Shown: positions 34,261 through 45,480, counted from the first letter of the stretch. The stretch: DNA of 64,000 nt from Alphaproteobacteria bacterium (GCA_049653105.1 JBASFQ010000012.1:50356-114355), one strand, 5' to 3'. The notes: a model not told the origin generated them from the sequence alone. Numbers and translations are program-made.

Positions 34261-35664
34261 TCAATGCTCCATTGTCTTGACAATTTCCTCACACACCTTT
34301 TTCGCGTCACCAAAAAGCATCATGGTATTATCACGATAGAATAATTCATTCTCCACACCGGCATAGCCAGATGCCATCGACCGCTTGATGAACAGGACTG
34401 TCTTGGCTTTCTCGACATCCAGCACGGGCATGCCGTAAATCGGTGACTTCGGATCGGTCTTTGCCGCCGGGTTGGTCACGTCATTCGCGCCAATAACAAA
34501 AGCCACATCGGCGCGCGCAAAATCACGATTGATTTCTTCAAGTTCCAGAACCTCGTCATAAGGCACATTGGCTTCTGCCAACAGCACATTCATGTGCCCC
34601 GGCATGCGCCCGGCGACCGGATGAATAGCATAACGCACCTCGACGCCGGCCTTCTTGAGTTGATCGGCCATTTCGCGCAAAGCGTGCTGCGCCTGCGCCA
34701 CAGCCATTCCGTAACCTGGGACGATAATAACACTGGATGCGTTCTTGAGAATAAAAGAGGCATCTTCTGCCGACCCTGTTTTAACCGTGCGATCGCCGGC
34801 CACGCTCGCGCCGGACGCTGCGGCACTGTCGCCACCAAAGCCGCCCAAAATCACATTCAGGATCGACCGGTTCATACCTTTACACATGATATAGCTGAGG
34901 ATTGCTCCCGACGAACCGACCAAGGCTCCCGTGATGATGAGCAAGCTGTTCTGCAAAGTGAAACCGATGCCTGCTGCTGCCCAACCGGAATAACTGTTCA
35001 GCATCGAGATCACGACCGGCATATCCGCGCCACCAATCGGCAGTATCAAGAGAAAGCCGAGTGCCAGCGTCACCAGAATAATCAGGAAGAACACAAATCC
35101 CGACTGGCTCATGCATAATATGGCGATCAGGAGCAGGGCGAATAATCCCAAAGCCAGGTTCAATTGATGCTGCAGGGGAAAGGCCAACGGCTTACCGGAA
35201 ACCAGGCCTTGCAGTTTGGCAAATGCCACTACCGACCCGGTGAAGGTTATCGCCCCAATGGCCGCCCCCAGTCCCATTTCGATCAGACTGCCGACAAAAA
35301 TCTGCCCGCCTCCAGCACCAATGCCAAAATCATCAGGCGCAAGAAATGCGGCCGAGGCAACGAGAACCGCCGCCAGCCCCACCAGAGAATGGAACCCAGC
35401 AACCAATTGCGGCAACGCCGTCATTTTAATCTTTTGCGCGATATACGCGCCGATGCCACCACCAAACGCAATGCCGACAATAATGACGAACCATGACTGG
35501 AACGCGACCGCAGGCGACAGCATGGTCGTGACAATCGCCAACGCCATACCGGCAGCGCCAAACATATTGCCCTGACGTGCCGTGACAGGGGACGCCAGGC
35601 CACGCAGAGCCATAATGAAGCAGATGGCCGAAACAAGGTAAGCAAAGGCGGCAATGCCGGACAT
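34261..35664 (-). CDS. pntB: NAD(P) transhydrogenase subunit beta
   Basis: 467 aa with a polytopic N-terminal membrane domain and a C-terminal NADP(H)-binding dIII domain ([22 protein letters not shown]). Confidence 0.93.
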   Translation of the reverse strand: MSGIAAFAYLVSAICFIMALRGLASPVTARQGNMFGAAGMALAIVTTMLSPAVAFQSWFVIIVGIAFGGGIGAYIAQKIKMTALPQLVAGFHSLVGLAAVLVASAAFLAPDDFGIGAGGGQIFVGSLIEMGLGAAIGAITFTGSVVAFAKLQGLVSGKPLAFPLQHQLNLALGLFALLLIAILCMSQSGFVFFLIILVTLALGFLLILPIGGADMPVVISMLNSYSGWAAAGIGFTLQNSLLIITGALVGSSGAILSYIMCKGMNRSILNVILGGFGGDSAAASGASVAGDRTVKTGSAEDASFILKNASSVIIVPGYGMAVAQAQHALREMADQLKKAGVEVRYAIHPVAGRMPGHMNVLLAEANVPYDEVLELEEINRDFARADVAFVIGANDVTNPAAKTDPKSPIYGMPVLDVEKAKTVLFIKRSMASGYAGVENELFYRDNTMMLFGDAKKVCEEIVKTMEH

Positions 35665-35678
35665 GGACTAAGCTCCCG

Positions 35679-36098
35679 CTATTTGGATTTTTTTCTGTAC
35701 ATATGTAACATCCGCTGCGTCACAATGAACCCACCGAAGATATTGATTGAGGCCAGAATAACGGCAATTAACCCCAGCCAGCTTGAGGCCGTGATTTCCT
35801 CTGCCCCCGTCGCCAGCAAGGCTCCGACGATAATCACCGAAGAGACGGCATTCGTGACCGCCATCAAGGGCGAGTGCAGAGCCGGCGTCACCCGCCAGAC
35901 AACATAATAGCCGACGAAGCAGGCCAGGACAAAAACCGTCAGACCAAAAATAAAAAAATCCTGATGCCCGCCTGCATGACTGGCCGCCTGTGCTACCAGC
36001 TCGTGCGATTGCCCGGCCAGCACCTTCGCGAATTTAGCCAGCTGTTCCTGCTCTTCGGCCAGTTTCTGGATATTACCCGCAAAATTTTCTACGCTCAT
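35679..36098 (-). CDS. pntAB: NAD(P) transhydrogenase alpha subunit part 2 (membrane dII segment)
   Basis: 139 aa with four TM helices. This is the typical split alpha-2 subunit of alphaproteobacteria. Confidence 0.85.
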   Translation of the reverse strand: MSVENFAGNIQKLAEEQEQLAKFAKVLAGQSHELVAQAASHAGGHQDFFIFGLTVFVLACFVGYYVVWRVTPALHSPLMAVTNAVSSVIIVGALLATGAEEITASSWLGLIAVILASINIFGGFIVTQRMLHMYRKKSK

Positions 36099-36126
36099 GG
36101 GGTTTTCCTTGTTGCAATCAAGTCTT

Positions 36127-36561
36127 TCACGGTTTCACCGGAGCCACGATAGGTGTTGCGTTGTGTATTCCAATCGGTTCGTCCGGGTTGAATTCGTGGG
36201 GCATATTCGATGGCGCAGAAGGAGCTGCCGCGGGTTCGTTGCCAACCATTGGCACGGCCACTAACGGAACCGATTCAGCCCCTGGCGCTTGCATTTGCAC
36301 CTGCACCGGCGCTGGTGGCGTTGGTGCGGCGTGAAGACCGCCGGCCTTCTGCCGCCGGTGTTCCCACATGATGTGGCTCTCCAGATGGTTCAGGCGCGCT
36401 TCCAACATGCCGGATTCTACCCGTGCCACAGTAACTTCTTTGTGCAAGTCCAAAAAGTTTCCGGAAAAAACCAGAAAAAAGCCCGCACAACAGACAATCG
36501 TAATCGCCAGGCTTGTGATCCACTGGTGCAGGCGCTCTTTGTTGTTGGCATTGGATAACAT
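36127..36561 (-). CDS. Hypothetical membrane-anchored protein inserted between pntAA and pntAB
   Basis: 144 aa with an N-terminal TM ([18 protein letters not shown]), a short coiled coil and a Pro/Ala-rich C-terminus. Intergenic gaps are 20 and 28 nt. Confidence 0.4.
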   Translation of the reverse strand: MLSNANNKERLHQWITSLAITIVCCAGFFLVFSGNFLDLHKEVTVARVESGMLEARLNHLESHIMWEHRRQKAGGLHAAPTPPAPVQVQMQAPGAESVPLVAVPMVGNEPAAAPSAPSNMPHEFNPDEPIGIHNATPIVAPVKP

Positions 36562-36581
36562 AACCCGCTCCAGTCAAAAGC

Positions 36582-37721
36582 TCAGATGAATTGCGGATGC
36601 ACGACAGCGCCCGCATGGGTCAGCAACATGGCCTTGATGATCTCATCCTCGGGATTCAGTTTGAAGTCTCCGCTCTCCTTATCGTGATAGAAAGCGATGA
36701 GATTATAGATATTACGCGCATACAATGCCGAAGCATCGACGGCAATTCGGCTGGGTATATTGCGGTAACCAACAATCTTGACCCCACCAATATCAACAAT
36801 CTCCCCGGGTTTGCTGCACGCGCAGTTGCCGCCCTGTTCAACCGCCATATCGACAATCACAGATCCCGGTTTCATGCTGCGTACCATGGTCTCGGAGAGC
36901 AATTGTGGCGCAGGACGCCCCGGAATAAGCGCTGTGCAGATGACAATGTCCTGTTTTTTGACTGTCTCAGCGATCAACACGGCCTGTCTCTGCTTAAAGT
37001 CATCACTCATTTCCTTGGCATAGCCACCTGATGTTTCAGCATTTATTGTCTCGTCACTTTCCACCATAACGAAAGTCGCGCCCAGACTTTGGACCTGCTC
37101 TTTCGCCGCCATACGCACATCCGTAGCAGAAACCACCGCGCCAAGCCGCCGCGCCGTCGCGATGGCCTGTAATCCCGCTACCCCTGCTCCCATCACCATG
37201 ACTCGTGTCGGAGGTATTGTCCCCGCCGCCGTCATCATCATTGGAAATGCGCGCCCGAATTCCGTCGCTGCATCGAGAACGGCTCGATACCCGGCCAGAT
37301 TGGCTTGCGACGACAAGACATCCATGCTTTGTGCCCGCGTGATGCGCGGAACCAGTTCCATGGCCAGTGCACTCACCTGACGCGAGGCAAAAAGCGGTAA
37401 TTCCGCGCGCGCACTATGCGGACTAAACATCGCAATCACCGTCGCGCCGGGTTTAAGCATGGCGACTTCGTCCGTCCCCTCAGCCGCCGTCATCGGCCGC
37501 TGCACCTTCAGAACCAGATCGGCATCTCCGGCAGCCGTGGCGGCATCACGGAGATGTGCCCCCGCGTCACGATAGGCCTGATCGACATAGGAGGATTCCA
37601 CTCCGGCGCCGGATTCCACGGCGACCTGATGCCCAAGAGCAATCAGCTTCTTCACCGTCTCCGGCGTTGCCGCAACGCGGCGTTCAAACGGCCGACGTTC
37701 CTTGAGTACTGCAATTTTCAT
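36582..37721 (-). CDS. pntAA: NAD(P) transhydrogenase alpha subunit part 1 (dI, NAD(H)-binding)
   Basis: 379 aa with alanine-dehydrogenase/PNT N- and C-domains and a Rossmann motif (VMVMGAGVAGLQA). Confidence 0.9.
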   Translation of the reverse strand: MKIAVLKERRPFERRVAATPETVKKLIALGHQVAVESGAGVESSYVDQAYRDAGAHLRDAATAAGDADLVLKVQRPMTAAEGTDEVAMLKPGATVIAMFSPHSARAELPLFASRQVSALAMELVPRITRAQSMDVLSSQANLAGYRAVLDAATEFGRAFPMMMTAAGTIPPTRVMVMGAGVAGLQAIATARRLGAVVSATDVRMAAKEQVQSLGATFVMVESDETINAETSGGYAKEMSDDFKQRQAVLIAETVKKQDIVICTALIPGRPAPQLLSETMVRSMKPGSVIVDMAVEQGGNCACSKPGEIVDIGGVKIVGYRNIPSRIAVDASALYARNIYNLIAFYHDKESGDFKLNPEDEIIKAMLLTHAGAVVHPQFI

Positions 37722-37786
37722 GACGGAATACTCTGAGAATCATTGAACCGGGATTTTGCGTTAGTTTGCCCTCCTTGTGAAGTGGT

Positions 37787-39133
37787 TTAGGCAGCCGGCA
37801 ACGCCAAATCGACGGCCTTAAGGGCTTTGGCCTGCATCTGCGTCAGCTTTTTGACGTCAAATCCGTCTATCAAGCCATGAAAAATCCGATACCAGTTGAT
37901 TTCGGCACGAAGCTTAAGAAAAACCGACCCCAGCCCCACGGCAGCACGATCCATAAAGACAAATTCCCTGGGCACTTCAATTTTGCCGAGTTTCCGTAAT
38001 TCTTCATGCACTTTGCGTGCTGTGGCACGGCCATAGACGCCGGAATTGGTTTCTTCAATCAAGCGCGCACGATCTTCCAGAATAGGGGCATAGATGAAGC
38101 GCGCCCAGACATTAAGAATATCAATCAGCGCCTTGCTGGGCTTAACAAAGCCCAAGGATTCATAAGCTGCCACCGCTGCATCGCTGTCGTTATCTGTCAA
38201 CGCATGGTAGAGCCGGATCACGCCCCCGACCACGCCGGGCGAAAATATCCGCACACAACCGAAATCCAGAAGATTAATGCCGTTATCGGCGCGCACAGTA
38301 TAATTGCCCATATGCGGATCGCCGTGGATAACGCCGTAATTATAGAATGGCACATACCAGGCATGGAACATATGCGTTGCGATGGCATTACGCTCACGCT
38401 GCCCGCGATTGACCGCTTCGACAAAACGCGTCCCTTCCAACCGGCTCATGCACAACAGCCGCTTGGTCGAAAGCCGGTCGATGACCTCCGGCACATCAAC
38501 GTCAGACACATCATGCAGCATCTTTCGATATAGCTTGATATGTTTTGCTTCCAGTTGGTAATCCAGTTCTTCATTAAGCCGCGCGCCGATTTCCTGCTGG
38601 ACCTTTCCGGTTGATACCGCGCGATCATAGCGTTCAAAGACAGCCATCAGGATTTTCAGTTGTTGCAAATCCGCCGCAACCGCCGACTGCATGTCCGGAT
38701 ACTGGAGCTTGCAGACGATTTGCCGTCCGTCCAGCGTTACCGCTCCATGCACCTGACCCAGTGAGGCGGCGGCAAAGGCGTCCCGGTCAAAGGACTTAAA
38801 TTTCTTTTCCCAGTCCAGCCCGAGTTCCGCCGCCATCCGCCGCTTCACGAACGGCCATCCCATGGCAGGTGCATCAGCCTGCAACTGCGCCAACTCGGCG
38901 GCATATTCGGGCGGCACAAGGTCGGGTATGGTGGACAGCAACTGCGCCACCTTCATCAACGGCCCTTTAAGACCGCCCAGCGCCACACGCAATTCGATTG
39001 CGGATTGTTGCCGGTTGGATTTGACTCCAAGATATTTTTCTCCAGCCAACCGCGCGCCGACGCCCGCCATGCGCGTTGTCACTTTGGCGTAGCGTTTGAC
39101 ACGCCCCGACAGGCTGTTGCGATCCTGGGTCAT
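37787..39133 (-). CDS. ubiB: ABC1/UbiB-family atypical protein kinase
   Basis: 448 aa containing an ADCK/ABC1 domain (ASLGQVHGAVT..., IHGDPHMGN, DFG). Confidence 0.78.
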   Translation of the reverse strand: MTQDRNSLSGRVKRYAKVTTRMAGVGARLAGEKYLGVKSNRQQSAIELRVALGGLKGPLMKVAQLLSTIPDLVPPEYAAELAQLQADAPAMGWPFVKRRMAAELGLDWEKKFKSFDRDAFAAASLGQVHGAVTLDGRQIVCKLQYPDMQSAVAADLQQLKILMAVFERYDRAVSTGKVQQEIGARLNEELDYQLEAKHIKLYRKMLHDVSDVDVPEVIDRLSTKRLLCMSRLEGTRFVEAVNRGQRERNAIATHMFHAWYVPFYNYGVIHGDPHMGNYTVRADNGINLLDFGCVRIFSPGVVGGVIRLYHALTDNDSDAAVAAYESLGFVKPSKALIDILNVWARFIYAPILEDRARLIEETNSGVYGRATARKVHEELRKLGKIEVPREFVFMDRAAVGLGSVFLKLRAEINWYRIFHGLIDGFDVKKLTQMQAKALKAVDLALPAA

Positions 39134-39208
39134 AGTGACAAATTAGCGGAATGTCGGCGCTTTGACGACCCACGTGATTCCAAAGCTGAAATACGCAAGA
39201 AAAAACCC

Positions 39209-41866
39209 TTATGCTGCCCGACCAGCCAACGCTTTCTCAATTGCCGCAATCGCCTGCGGCATGGCGGCAACATCGGTTCCCCCCGCCTGCGCCATATCAG
39301 GACGCCCGCCGCCACCTTTGCCACCGATGGCTTCCGCGCCGACGCGAACCAGATCGACCGCGCTGATATTTTGAGTCAGATCGGCAGAAACACTGACGAC
39401 CAAAGACACCTTGCCCTCGAACCCCGAGGCCAGAACAATGATGCCGGATGGAAGCTGCTGTTTCAATTGATCCGCCATCGGCTTTAAATCCTTGGCCGGC
39501 AGGTCATGCAGCAGACGTGCAAGGAAATTCACACCACCAACCTGTTTTGGCGCATCCGCGGCTGATGCCGTTCCGCCGCCGCCGCCAAGGGCTGATTGCC
39601 GACGCAATTCTTCAAACTCGCGCCGCAGTTTCTTATTTTCCTCTACCAGCACGGTCACGCGTTCCGTCGCCTCGGCAGGTGAAACCTTTAACGTCGCAGC
39701 GACCTGCTGCAAGCGATGTTCCTGCTCTGACAAATAAGCAATTGCTAAAGGCCCGGTCAACGCCTCGATCCGGCGCACGCCCGCCGCGACCGCACTTTCG
39801 GCAATAATCTTGAAGGCGCCGATGTCACCGGTGCGCCGCACATGCGTCCCGCCACAAAGCTCGACAGAGAACCCTTCGGCTCCCTGCCCACCCATCGAGA
39901 CGACGCGCACTTCGTCGCCGTATTTTTCGCCGAAAAGCGCCATCGCGCCTTCTTTGACCGCTTCGTCCGGAGTCATAAGGCGCGTAACAACGTCGCTGTT
40001 CAGAACGATGCGACGGTTAACCTCGGATTGAACCTCGGCTAAATCGGCGGCAGTGACAGGCGTCGGCTGACTAATATCAAAACGCAATTTCTCATGCGTG
40101 ACCAGAGAACCTTTTTGTGCAACATGCGTTCCCAGCTTGCGCCGCAACGCCTCGTGCAGCAAATGTGTCGCCGAGTGGTTGGCGCGGACGATGTTGCGTC
40201 GCGCATGATCTACGGTCATATCGACACTGTCGTCGACTTGCAACACTCCTTGCGTCAGTGTGGCCTCGTGCACCCACAATGCACCAAGTTGTTTTTGCGT
40301 GTCCGTTACCTGCGCCGCACCTTTCGTCGCAACCATTGTACCGGTATCGCCAACCTGACCGCCGGACTCCCCATAGAATGGGGTCTGATTGACGATGATC
40401 TGCACCTTGTCGCCGGCCTTGGCTTCCTTGACGCGCGCGCCGTTCCTGATCAGTGCGGTCACGACGCCCTGCGCCGCCTCGGTGCTATAGCCAAGAAATT
40501 CAGTTGCGCCCAATTCCTCTTTCAAATCAAACCAGAGTTTTGACGTTCCGGTCTCGCCCGATCCTGCCCATGCTTCGCGCGCAGCCGCCCGCTGCTTGGC
40601 CATCGCCACTTCGAACCCCGCCACATCAACGGCCAGATTGCGCCCGCGCAGGACATCCTGTGTCAAATCCAGCGGGAAGCCATAGGTGTCGTATAATTTG
40701 AACGCGACATCCCCCGACAAGGCCTTGCCGGGCAACAAGTGCCGTGTCTCGTCATCCAGCAATCGTAGCCCACGATCCAGCAGTTGCTTGAAGCGCGTTT
40801 CTTCCAGTTTCAATGTTTCACTGATCAAAGCCTGTGCCCGCCCCAGTTCTGGATAAGCGACCCCCATCAGCTTCACCAGTTCGGGAACCAGCCGATATAG
40901 CATCGGCTCCTTGGCGCCAAGAATATGGGCATGACGCATGCCGCGCCGCATGATCCGGCGCAGCACATAACCGCGTCCTTCGTTGCTGGGCAAAACACCA
41001 TCGGCGATCAAAAAGGAACAGGCGCGCAAATGGTCGGCAATCACGCGATAGGACGGCCTATGCTCTCCCTTCGGATCTACCTTGAGTATATCCGTCGTCG
41101 CTCCGATAATCGTGCGGAACAGCTCAATGTCGTAATTAGACAATTCGCCTTGCATGATCGCGACCATGCGTTCCAGCCCCATGCCGGTATCGACCGAAGG
41201 CCGGGGCAGCGGCACGCGCTTGCCGCCAGGCTGTTCTTCATATTGCATAAAGACCAGGTTCCAGAATTCCAGGAACCGGTCACCATCTTCATCTGGACTC
41301 CCCGGGGGACCACCTTGCAATTTTGGCCCCTGATCGATGAAAATTTCCGAACAAGGCCCGCACGGACCGACATCGCCCATGCGCCAGAAATTGGCATCCG
41401 TCTTGATGCGGATGATCTTGTCATCGCCAAGACCGGCGACTTTTTTCCATATACCAGCAGCCTGATCATCTTCGTGATAAACGGTCACCAGCAAACGATC
41501 CTTGTTCAGACCGAAATCCTTCGTCACCAGTTCCCAGGCAAAACTGATCGCCTCTTCCTTGAAATAGTCGCCGAAAGAAAAATTACCCAGCATCTCGAAA
41601 AAAGTATGATGCCGTGCCGTATAACCAACATTCTCCAGATCATTATGCTTGCCGCCAGCGCGCACGCTTTTTTGTGCCGACGTTGCACGCTTGTAAGGAC
41701 GTTTTTCAACTCCGGTAAAGACATTCTTGAACTGCACCATCCCGGAGTTCGTGAACATTAGGGTGGGATCGTTACGCGGAACCAGTGGGCTGGACTCAAC
41801 CAGCGTATGGCCTTGACGCTCGAAATAGCACAAAAATGTCGAACGGATGTCCGCAAGCGTCTTCAT
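39209..41866 (-). CDS. alaS: Alanine--tRNA ligase
   Basis: 885 aa. It has a class II aaRS core, an editing domain with the HxxxH...CGGTH zinc motif ([14 protein letters not shown]) and a C-terminal DHHA1 domain. Confidence 0.95.
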   Translation of the reverse strand: MKTLADIRSTFLCYFERQGHTLVESSPLVPRNDPTLMFTNSGMVQFKNVFTGVEKRPYKRATSAQKSVRAGGKHNDLENVGYTARHHTFFEMLGNFSFGDYFKEEAISFAWELVTKDFGLNKDRLLVTVYHEDDQAAGIWKKVAGLGDDKIIRIKTDANFWRMGDVGPCGPCSEIFIDQGPKLQGGPPGSPDEDGDRFLEFWNLVFMQYEEQPGGKRVPLPRPSVDTGMGLERMVAIMQGELSNYDIELFRTIIGATTDILKVDPKGEHRPSYRVIADHLRACSFLIADGVLPSNEGRGYVLRRIMRRGMRHAHILGAKEPMLYRLVPELVKLMGVAYPELGRAQALISETLKLEETRFKQLLDRGLRLLDDETRHLLPGKALSGDVAFKLYDTYGFPLDLTQDVLRGRNLAVDVAGFEVAMAKQRAAAREAWAGSGETGTSKLWFDLKEELGATEFLGYSTEAAQGVVTALIRNGARVKEAKAGDKVQIIVNQTPFYGESGGQVGDTGTMVATKGAAQVTDTQKQLGALWVHEATLTQGVLQVDDSVDMTVDHARRNIVRANHSATHLLHEALRRKLGTHVAQKGSLVTHEKLRFDISQPTPVTAADLAEVQSEVNRRIVLNSDVVTRLMTPDEAVKEGAMALFGEKYGDEVRVVSMGGQGAEGFSVELCGGTHVRRTGDIGAFKIIAESAVAAGVRRIEALTGPLAIAYLSEQEHRLQQVAATLKVSPAEATERVTVLVEENKKLRREFEELRRQSALGGGGGTASAADAPKQVGGVNFLARLLHDLPAKDLKPMADQLKQQLPSGIIVLASGFEGKVSLVVSVSADLTQNISAVDLVRVGAEAIGGKGGGGRPDMAQAGGTDVAAMPQAIAAIEKALAGRAA

Positions 41867-41946
41867 GATTCCACCTGTGTAAACTTTATAACAAAATAAT
41901 TTAGGCCAGCGAGGGCGGTCTTGTCCAGCAACCTACGGCCTTGTTT

Positions 41947-42180
41947 TCAGCGCCGGAATGAAAACGCATCCAGCTGGATTAAAATATAAATGATGATCCA
42001 GACCACCACACTGGCAAGCGTTGTCCAGATTACCTTGCGTTTAAGATCCGGGTTTTCCGGTGCGCCGGGCATTTCCCCGGCCACGCGCTGCTCCGGTTGC
42101 CGCATACCGATGGGCAGCATACAGAAAAATACCACCCACCAGACGATAGTAAAGACGACGATGCCAGATAAAATATTCAT
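41947..42180 (-). CDS. DUF1467-family small membrane protein
   Basis: 77 aa with two TM helices flanking a short loop (IVWWVVFFCMLP...). This family is widespread in alphaproteobacteria. Confidence 0.5.
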   Translation of the reverse strand: MNILSGIVVFTIVWWVVFFCMLPIGMRQPEQRVAGEMPGAPENPDLKRKVIWTTLASVVVWIIIYILIQLDAFSFRR

Positions 42181-42253
42181 GTCGTCCCCCTGTCATAAGG
42201 GTGAATCGTTGATTTTATCATCATTGCACACCACATCCTTATCGGCAGCTGCC

Positions 42254-43939
42254 TTAGACCCGCACGATGTGGATTTCCGTCATTGGCTTTTTACCGTGCA
42301 GTTCGTTCATATACTTTCTTAATGTCTGACTGGCGACTTTGGTAACTTCAAAATCATTAATGCGCGCTGATTTGGGCATATTTTCGATGGCATCGGCGAT
42401 CGACACACCGGCCTCTTGAATCAACGCCTCCACTTCATGAGCGTCCACGACGCCCAGCAAAGTCATCTGCGGTTCTTTAAGCAGGCGTCCCCCTTTATCC
42501 AGAACAATCGTCACCACAGCCGCGCCGGTAAAACCGATCTTACGACGATCCTTGACCGCCCCCTGCCCCATTGGTCGCAATGTCCGGCCATCCAGCCCCA
42601 ACTGCCCAAAGGGAACTTCGCCGACGACCTCGGCCTTGCCGGGAGCAAGCTGGATGATCTGACCATTCGTTGGAATAATAGCGTCAGGAACCTGACAGGA
42701 TTTTGCCAATTCGGCATGCGCCGTCTGATGCCGCAATTCACCATGCACAGGCACAGAAAGCTGCGGGCGCAACCAGTGATATAGCTGCGCCAATTCATCG
42801 CGCGCCGCATGACCCGATGCATGGATGACATCCGACGTTTGATCAGCGGTGATGAGCTCTATTCCTGCTTCGATCAACAAGTTCTGAACCTTGGCAATCG
42901 CCTTTTCATTGCCAGGAATATTACGCGAAGAGAAAACAACCGTATCGCCCTTTTCCAATGCCAGATCGGGATGGTCGCCTGACGCCAGCCGCGCCAGAGC
43001 TGAACGCACCTCGCCCTGACTTCCGGTGCAAATATAGACGACTTTATGACGCGGAATCAGCCCTGCATCCTCTTGCGACAAGATGTGCTTATACTCCGGC
43101 AAATAATTACAATCATCGGCAATTCCGGCGTTACGCCACAGTGAGCGCCCAACCAGCGCTACCTCACGCCGATGGTGTTTGGCCGCAGCCACCACGGATT
43201 TTATGCGCGCTATGTTGCTGGAAAAACATGTGACAACAATGCGTTGCCGAATTTTCCCAAACAAGTCTGTGAAACCTTTTTGTACATCGGCTTCCGAAGC
43301 GGTATGCCCATCAACCAGCGCATTGGTCGAATCACCGATGACGGCCAAAACTCCCGCCTTGCCTATGGCTTTCAGCCGAGCCTCGTCGGTGACATCGCCA
43401 ACCAAAGGATGCGGATCGAGTTTCCAATCACCCGTATTCACGATCGTGCCCTGTTTGGTCGTAATCGCAAGCATATTGGATTCAGGAATCGAATGCGTGA
43501 CATTGACAAATTCGACCGCAAACGGCCCCAAGGAAAAACTGCCGCGCATAGGCAATTCTATGATCCGCACCTTGCTCAGACCGCGTTTGTCGGCCATTTT
43601 GGCGCGGATCAGTCGCGCCGTGAACGGTGTGGCATAAATGGGAACCTTCAACTGATCCCACAAATATTCCAGCGCGCCAATATGATCTTCGTGCCCGTGA
43701 GTAATGACGATGGCGACCAGATCGTTCTTGCGCTCGGCGATGAAACTTATATCGGGCATGATGATTTCAATACCCGGCGTCGTATCGTCGCCGAAGGTCA
43801 CACCGCAATCGACCATCAACCATTTGCCATGCGTGCCGTAGAGATTCAGGTTCATGCCGATCTCGCCCGAACCACCAAGGGGCAGGAACCACAAGGCGTC
43901 ATCGGGTGGACGATGCAGGTCTTTTTTACCTTTACTCAT
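42254..43939 (-). CDS. rnj: Ribonuclease J (metallo-beta-lactamase/beta-CASP RNase)
   Basis: 561 aa with the motif HGHEDHIGAL, a beta-CASP region and a C-terminal domain. Confidence 0.88.
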   Translation of the reverse strand: MSKGKKDLHRPPDDALWFLPLGGSGEIGMNLNLYGTHGKWLMVDCGVTFGDDTTPGIEIIMPDISFIAERKNDLVAIVITHGHEDHIGALEYLWDQLKVPIYATPFTARLIRAKMADKRGLSKVRIIELPMRGSFSLGPFAVEFVNVTHSIPESNMLAITTKQGTIVNTGDWKLDPHPLVGDVTDEARLKAIGKAGVLAVIGDSTNALVDGHTASEADVQKGFTDLFGKIRQRIVVTCFSSNIARIKSVVAAAKHHRREVALVGRSLWRNAGIADDCNYLPEYKHILSQEDAGLIPRHKVVYICTGSQGEVRSALARLASGDHPDLALEKGDTVVFSSRNIPGNEKAIAKVQNLLIEAGIELITADQTSDVIHASGHAARDELAQLYHWLRPQLSVPVHGELRHQTAHAELAKSCQVPDAIIPTNGQIIQLAPGKAEVVGEVPFGQLGLDGRTLRPMGQGAVKDRRKIGFTGAAVVTIVLDKGGRLLKEPQMTLLGVVDAHEVEALIQEAGVSIADAIENMPKSARINDFEVTKVASQTLRKYMNELHGKKPMTEIHIVRV

Positions 43940-44721
43940 AGCGCGATAACTTTCCCACTGTTGCGTTCATAAACGATTTGCAGCCCCCGCAACGTCAGAT
44001 CAACGTCACGATGCGTAAACAAGTCGGTCGCCGTAGCAAACAACCCCGACAATCCGCCGGTGGCAATGACCGGAGTCTTCTGTCCGATTTCTTCCTGCAT
44101 CCGCGCCACCAGCCCTTCCAGCATGCCGATATAACCCCAGAATATGCCGGACTGCATCGCCCCCACCGTATTGGTGCCGATCAGGCTCGGTGGCTTTGCC
44201 ATCGCCACACGCGGCAGTTTCGCAGCGGCCATATGCAGTGCTTGTAACGATAAATTCGCGCCCGGCGCGATCACACCGCCGCAATAATCTCCGGCAGCAT
44301 CAATATAATCAATCGTCGTCGCCGTGCCGAAATCAACGATCAAAAATGGCGGCTTGTGCTGCGCCAATGCGGCAACAGTGTTGACAAGACGATCGGCGCC
44401 GATTTCTTCGGGGCGGTCAATCCTGACCTTGACTCCGATATCCAACCGCGGGTCACCAATGAACAACGGCTGCAGCTTTAGATAAACCGTACACAAGCGC
44501 GCCAGGTGGAAATTGGCATCGGGAACCACGCTGCTGATAATTGCAGCCTCAAGCCCCCCTGGATCAAGCTTAGACTCTTTCAGCCATGCGCGCAGAAACA
44601 CCGCATGCTCATCCGCCGTCCGGTCGGCTTTGGTCTGGGCGCGCCAGCTTCCCAGCAACTCCTTGCCGGAGAAAACCGCAAAAACAATATTGGTATTGCC
44701 GGCATCAATGGCCAGAAGCAT
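43936..44721 (-). CDS. coaX: Type III pantothenate kinase
   Basis: 261 aa with the motifs MLLAIDAGNTN, DFGTATT and GGLS. The stop overlaps the rnj start. Confidence 0.9.
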   Translation of the reverse strand: MLLAIDAGNTNIVFAVFSGKELLGSWRAQTKADRTADEHAVFLRAWLKESKLDPGGLEAAIISSVVPDANFHLARLCTVYLKLQPLFIGDPRLDIGVKVRIDRPEEIGADRLVNTVAALAQHKPPFLIVDFGTATTIDYIDAAGDYCGGVIAPGANLSLQALHMAAAKLPRVAMAKPPSLIGTNTVGAMQSGIFWGYIGMLEGLVARMQEEIGQKTPVIATGGLSGLFATATDLFTHRDVDLTLRGLQIVYERNSGKVIAL

Positions 44722-44733
44722 TTATTCTAACTT

Positions 44734-45480
44734 TCAACGGCGTTGAAAAAACACGTCGCCTACCGCGATACTGGACAGCTTACCGCTTTGCTGTTCAAGG
44801 AGCAAACAGCCATCATCGCCAATGGAGTTAAAACGCCCTTCCAGCTCGGAATCCGGCAGGCGCACGGTAATGGCCTCCCCTACCCCGGCCGCCCGCACCA
44901 GCCAATGTTCGCGGATTGCCGGGAAACCTTGGTCACACAGCATCAGGTGATAACGGTTAATGGCGGTAAGAACCAGCTGCAAAAAAGGCAGGATTTGCAA
45001 TCTATGGGCTGCAAATCCCAGCGCTTGCAGGGAGGTTGCCGGATAACGGACGTCCTCAGGGTACGGCCCAAGGTTAACCCCTATTCCAGCGACCACGGCG
45101 ACCCCTGTCTCGGTAGCCGCCGTTTCCAGAAGAATTCCTGCGATCTTCGCCCCGTCAATCAGGACGTCATTTGGCCATTTTAGCTTTACCCGCTCTGATC
45201 CTACATAGCTCCCCAAAGCATCGGCCAGAGCCAAAGCCACGACGAAGCAGTATAGTCCGGCACGCGCATGATCCTCGGCCTGCAACAGCACGCTGGCATA
45301 AAGATTTCCGTCAGGCGAAACCCAGCTGCGCCCCCGCCGCCCACGTCCTGCTGTCTGCCGGTCGGCATAAATGACCAAACCCGACGTTTCGCCTGCCGCA
45401 GCAGCCGCCAGCGCATCGTCATTCGTGCTTCCGGTTACCAGGCAATGCCGCAAGCGAAAATTGAGCGGCGCAGCGGTCAT
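44734..45480 (-). CDS. birA: Biotin--[acetyl-CoA-carboxylase] ligase (group I; no N-terminal HTH domain)
   Basis: 248 aa containing the BPL catalytic motifs GRGRRGRSW and KWPNDVL. Confidence 0.8.
   Translation of the reverse strand: MTAAPLNFRLRHCLVTGSTNDDALAAAAAGETSGLVIYADRQTAGRGRRGRSWVSPDGNLYASVLLQAEDHARAGLYCFVVALALADALGSYVGSERVKLKWPNDVLIDGAKIAGILLETAATETGVAVVAGIGVNLGPYPEDVRYPATSLQALGFAAHRLQILPFLQLVLTAINRYHLMLCDQGFPAIREHWLVRAAGVGEAITVRLPDSELEGRFNSIGDDGCLLLEQQSGKLSSIAVGDVFFQRR

Noticed and set aside
34262-34264. The CDF ORF is drawn starting with M at a TTG codon overlapping the pntB stop.
   Set aside because: The ORF track evidently accepts TTG and GTG starts. The in-frame ATG 9 nt downstream is the more conservative start, so I did not claim an overlap.
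40925-41761. A 278-aa plus-strand ORF antisense to alaS. Similar cases are 43172-43972 versus rnj and 47363-48238 versus nuoM.
   Set aside because: These are shadow ORFs of highly conserved genes with low-complexity His/Arg-rich translations. No independent signal supports them.
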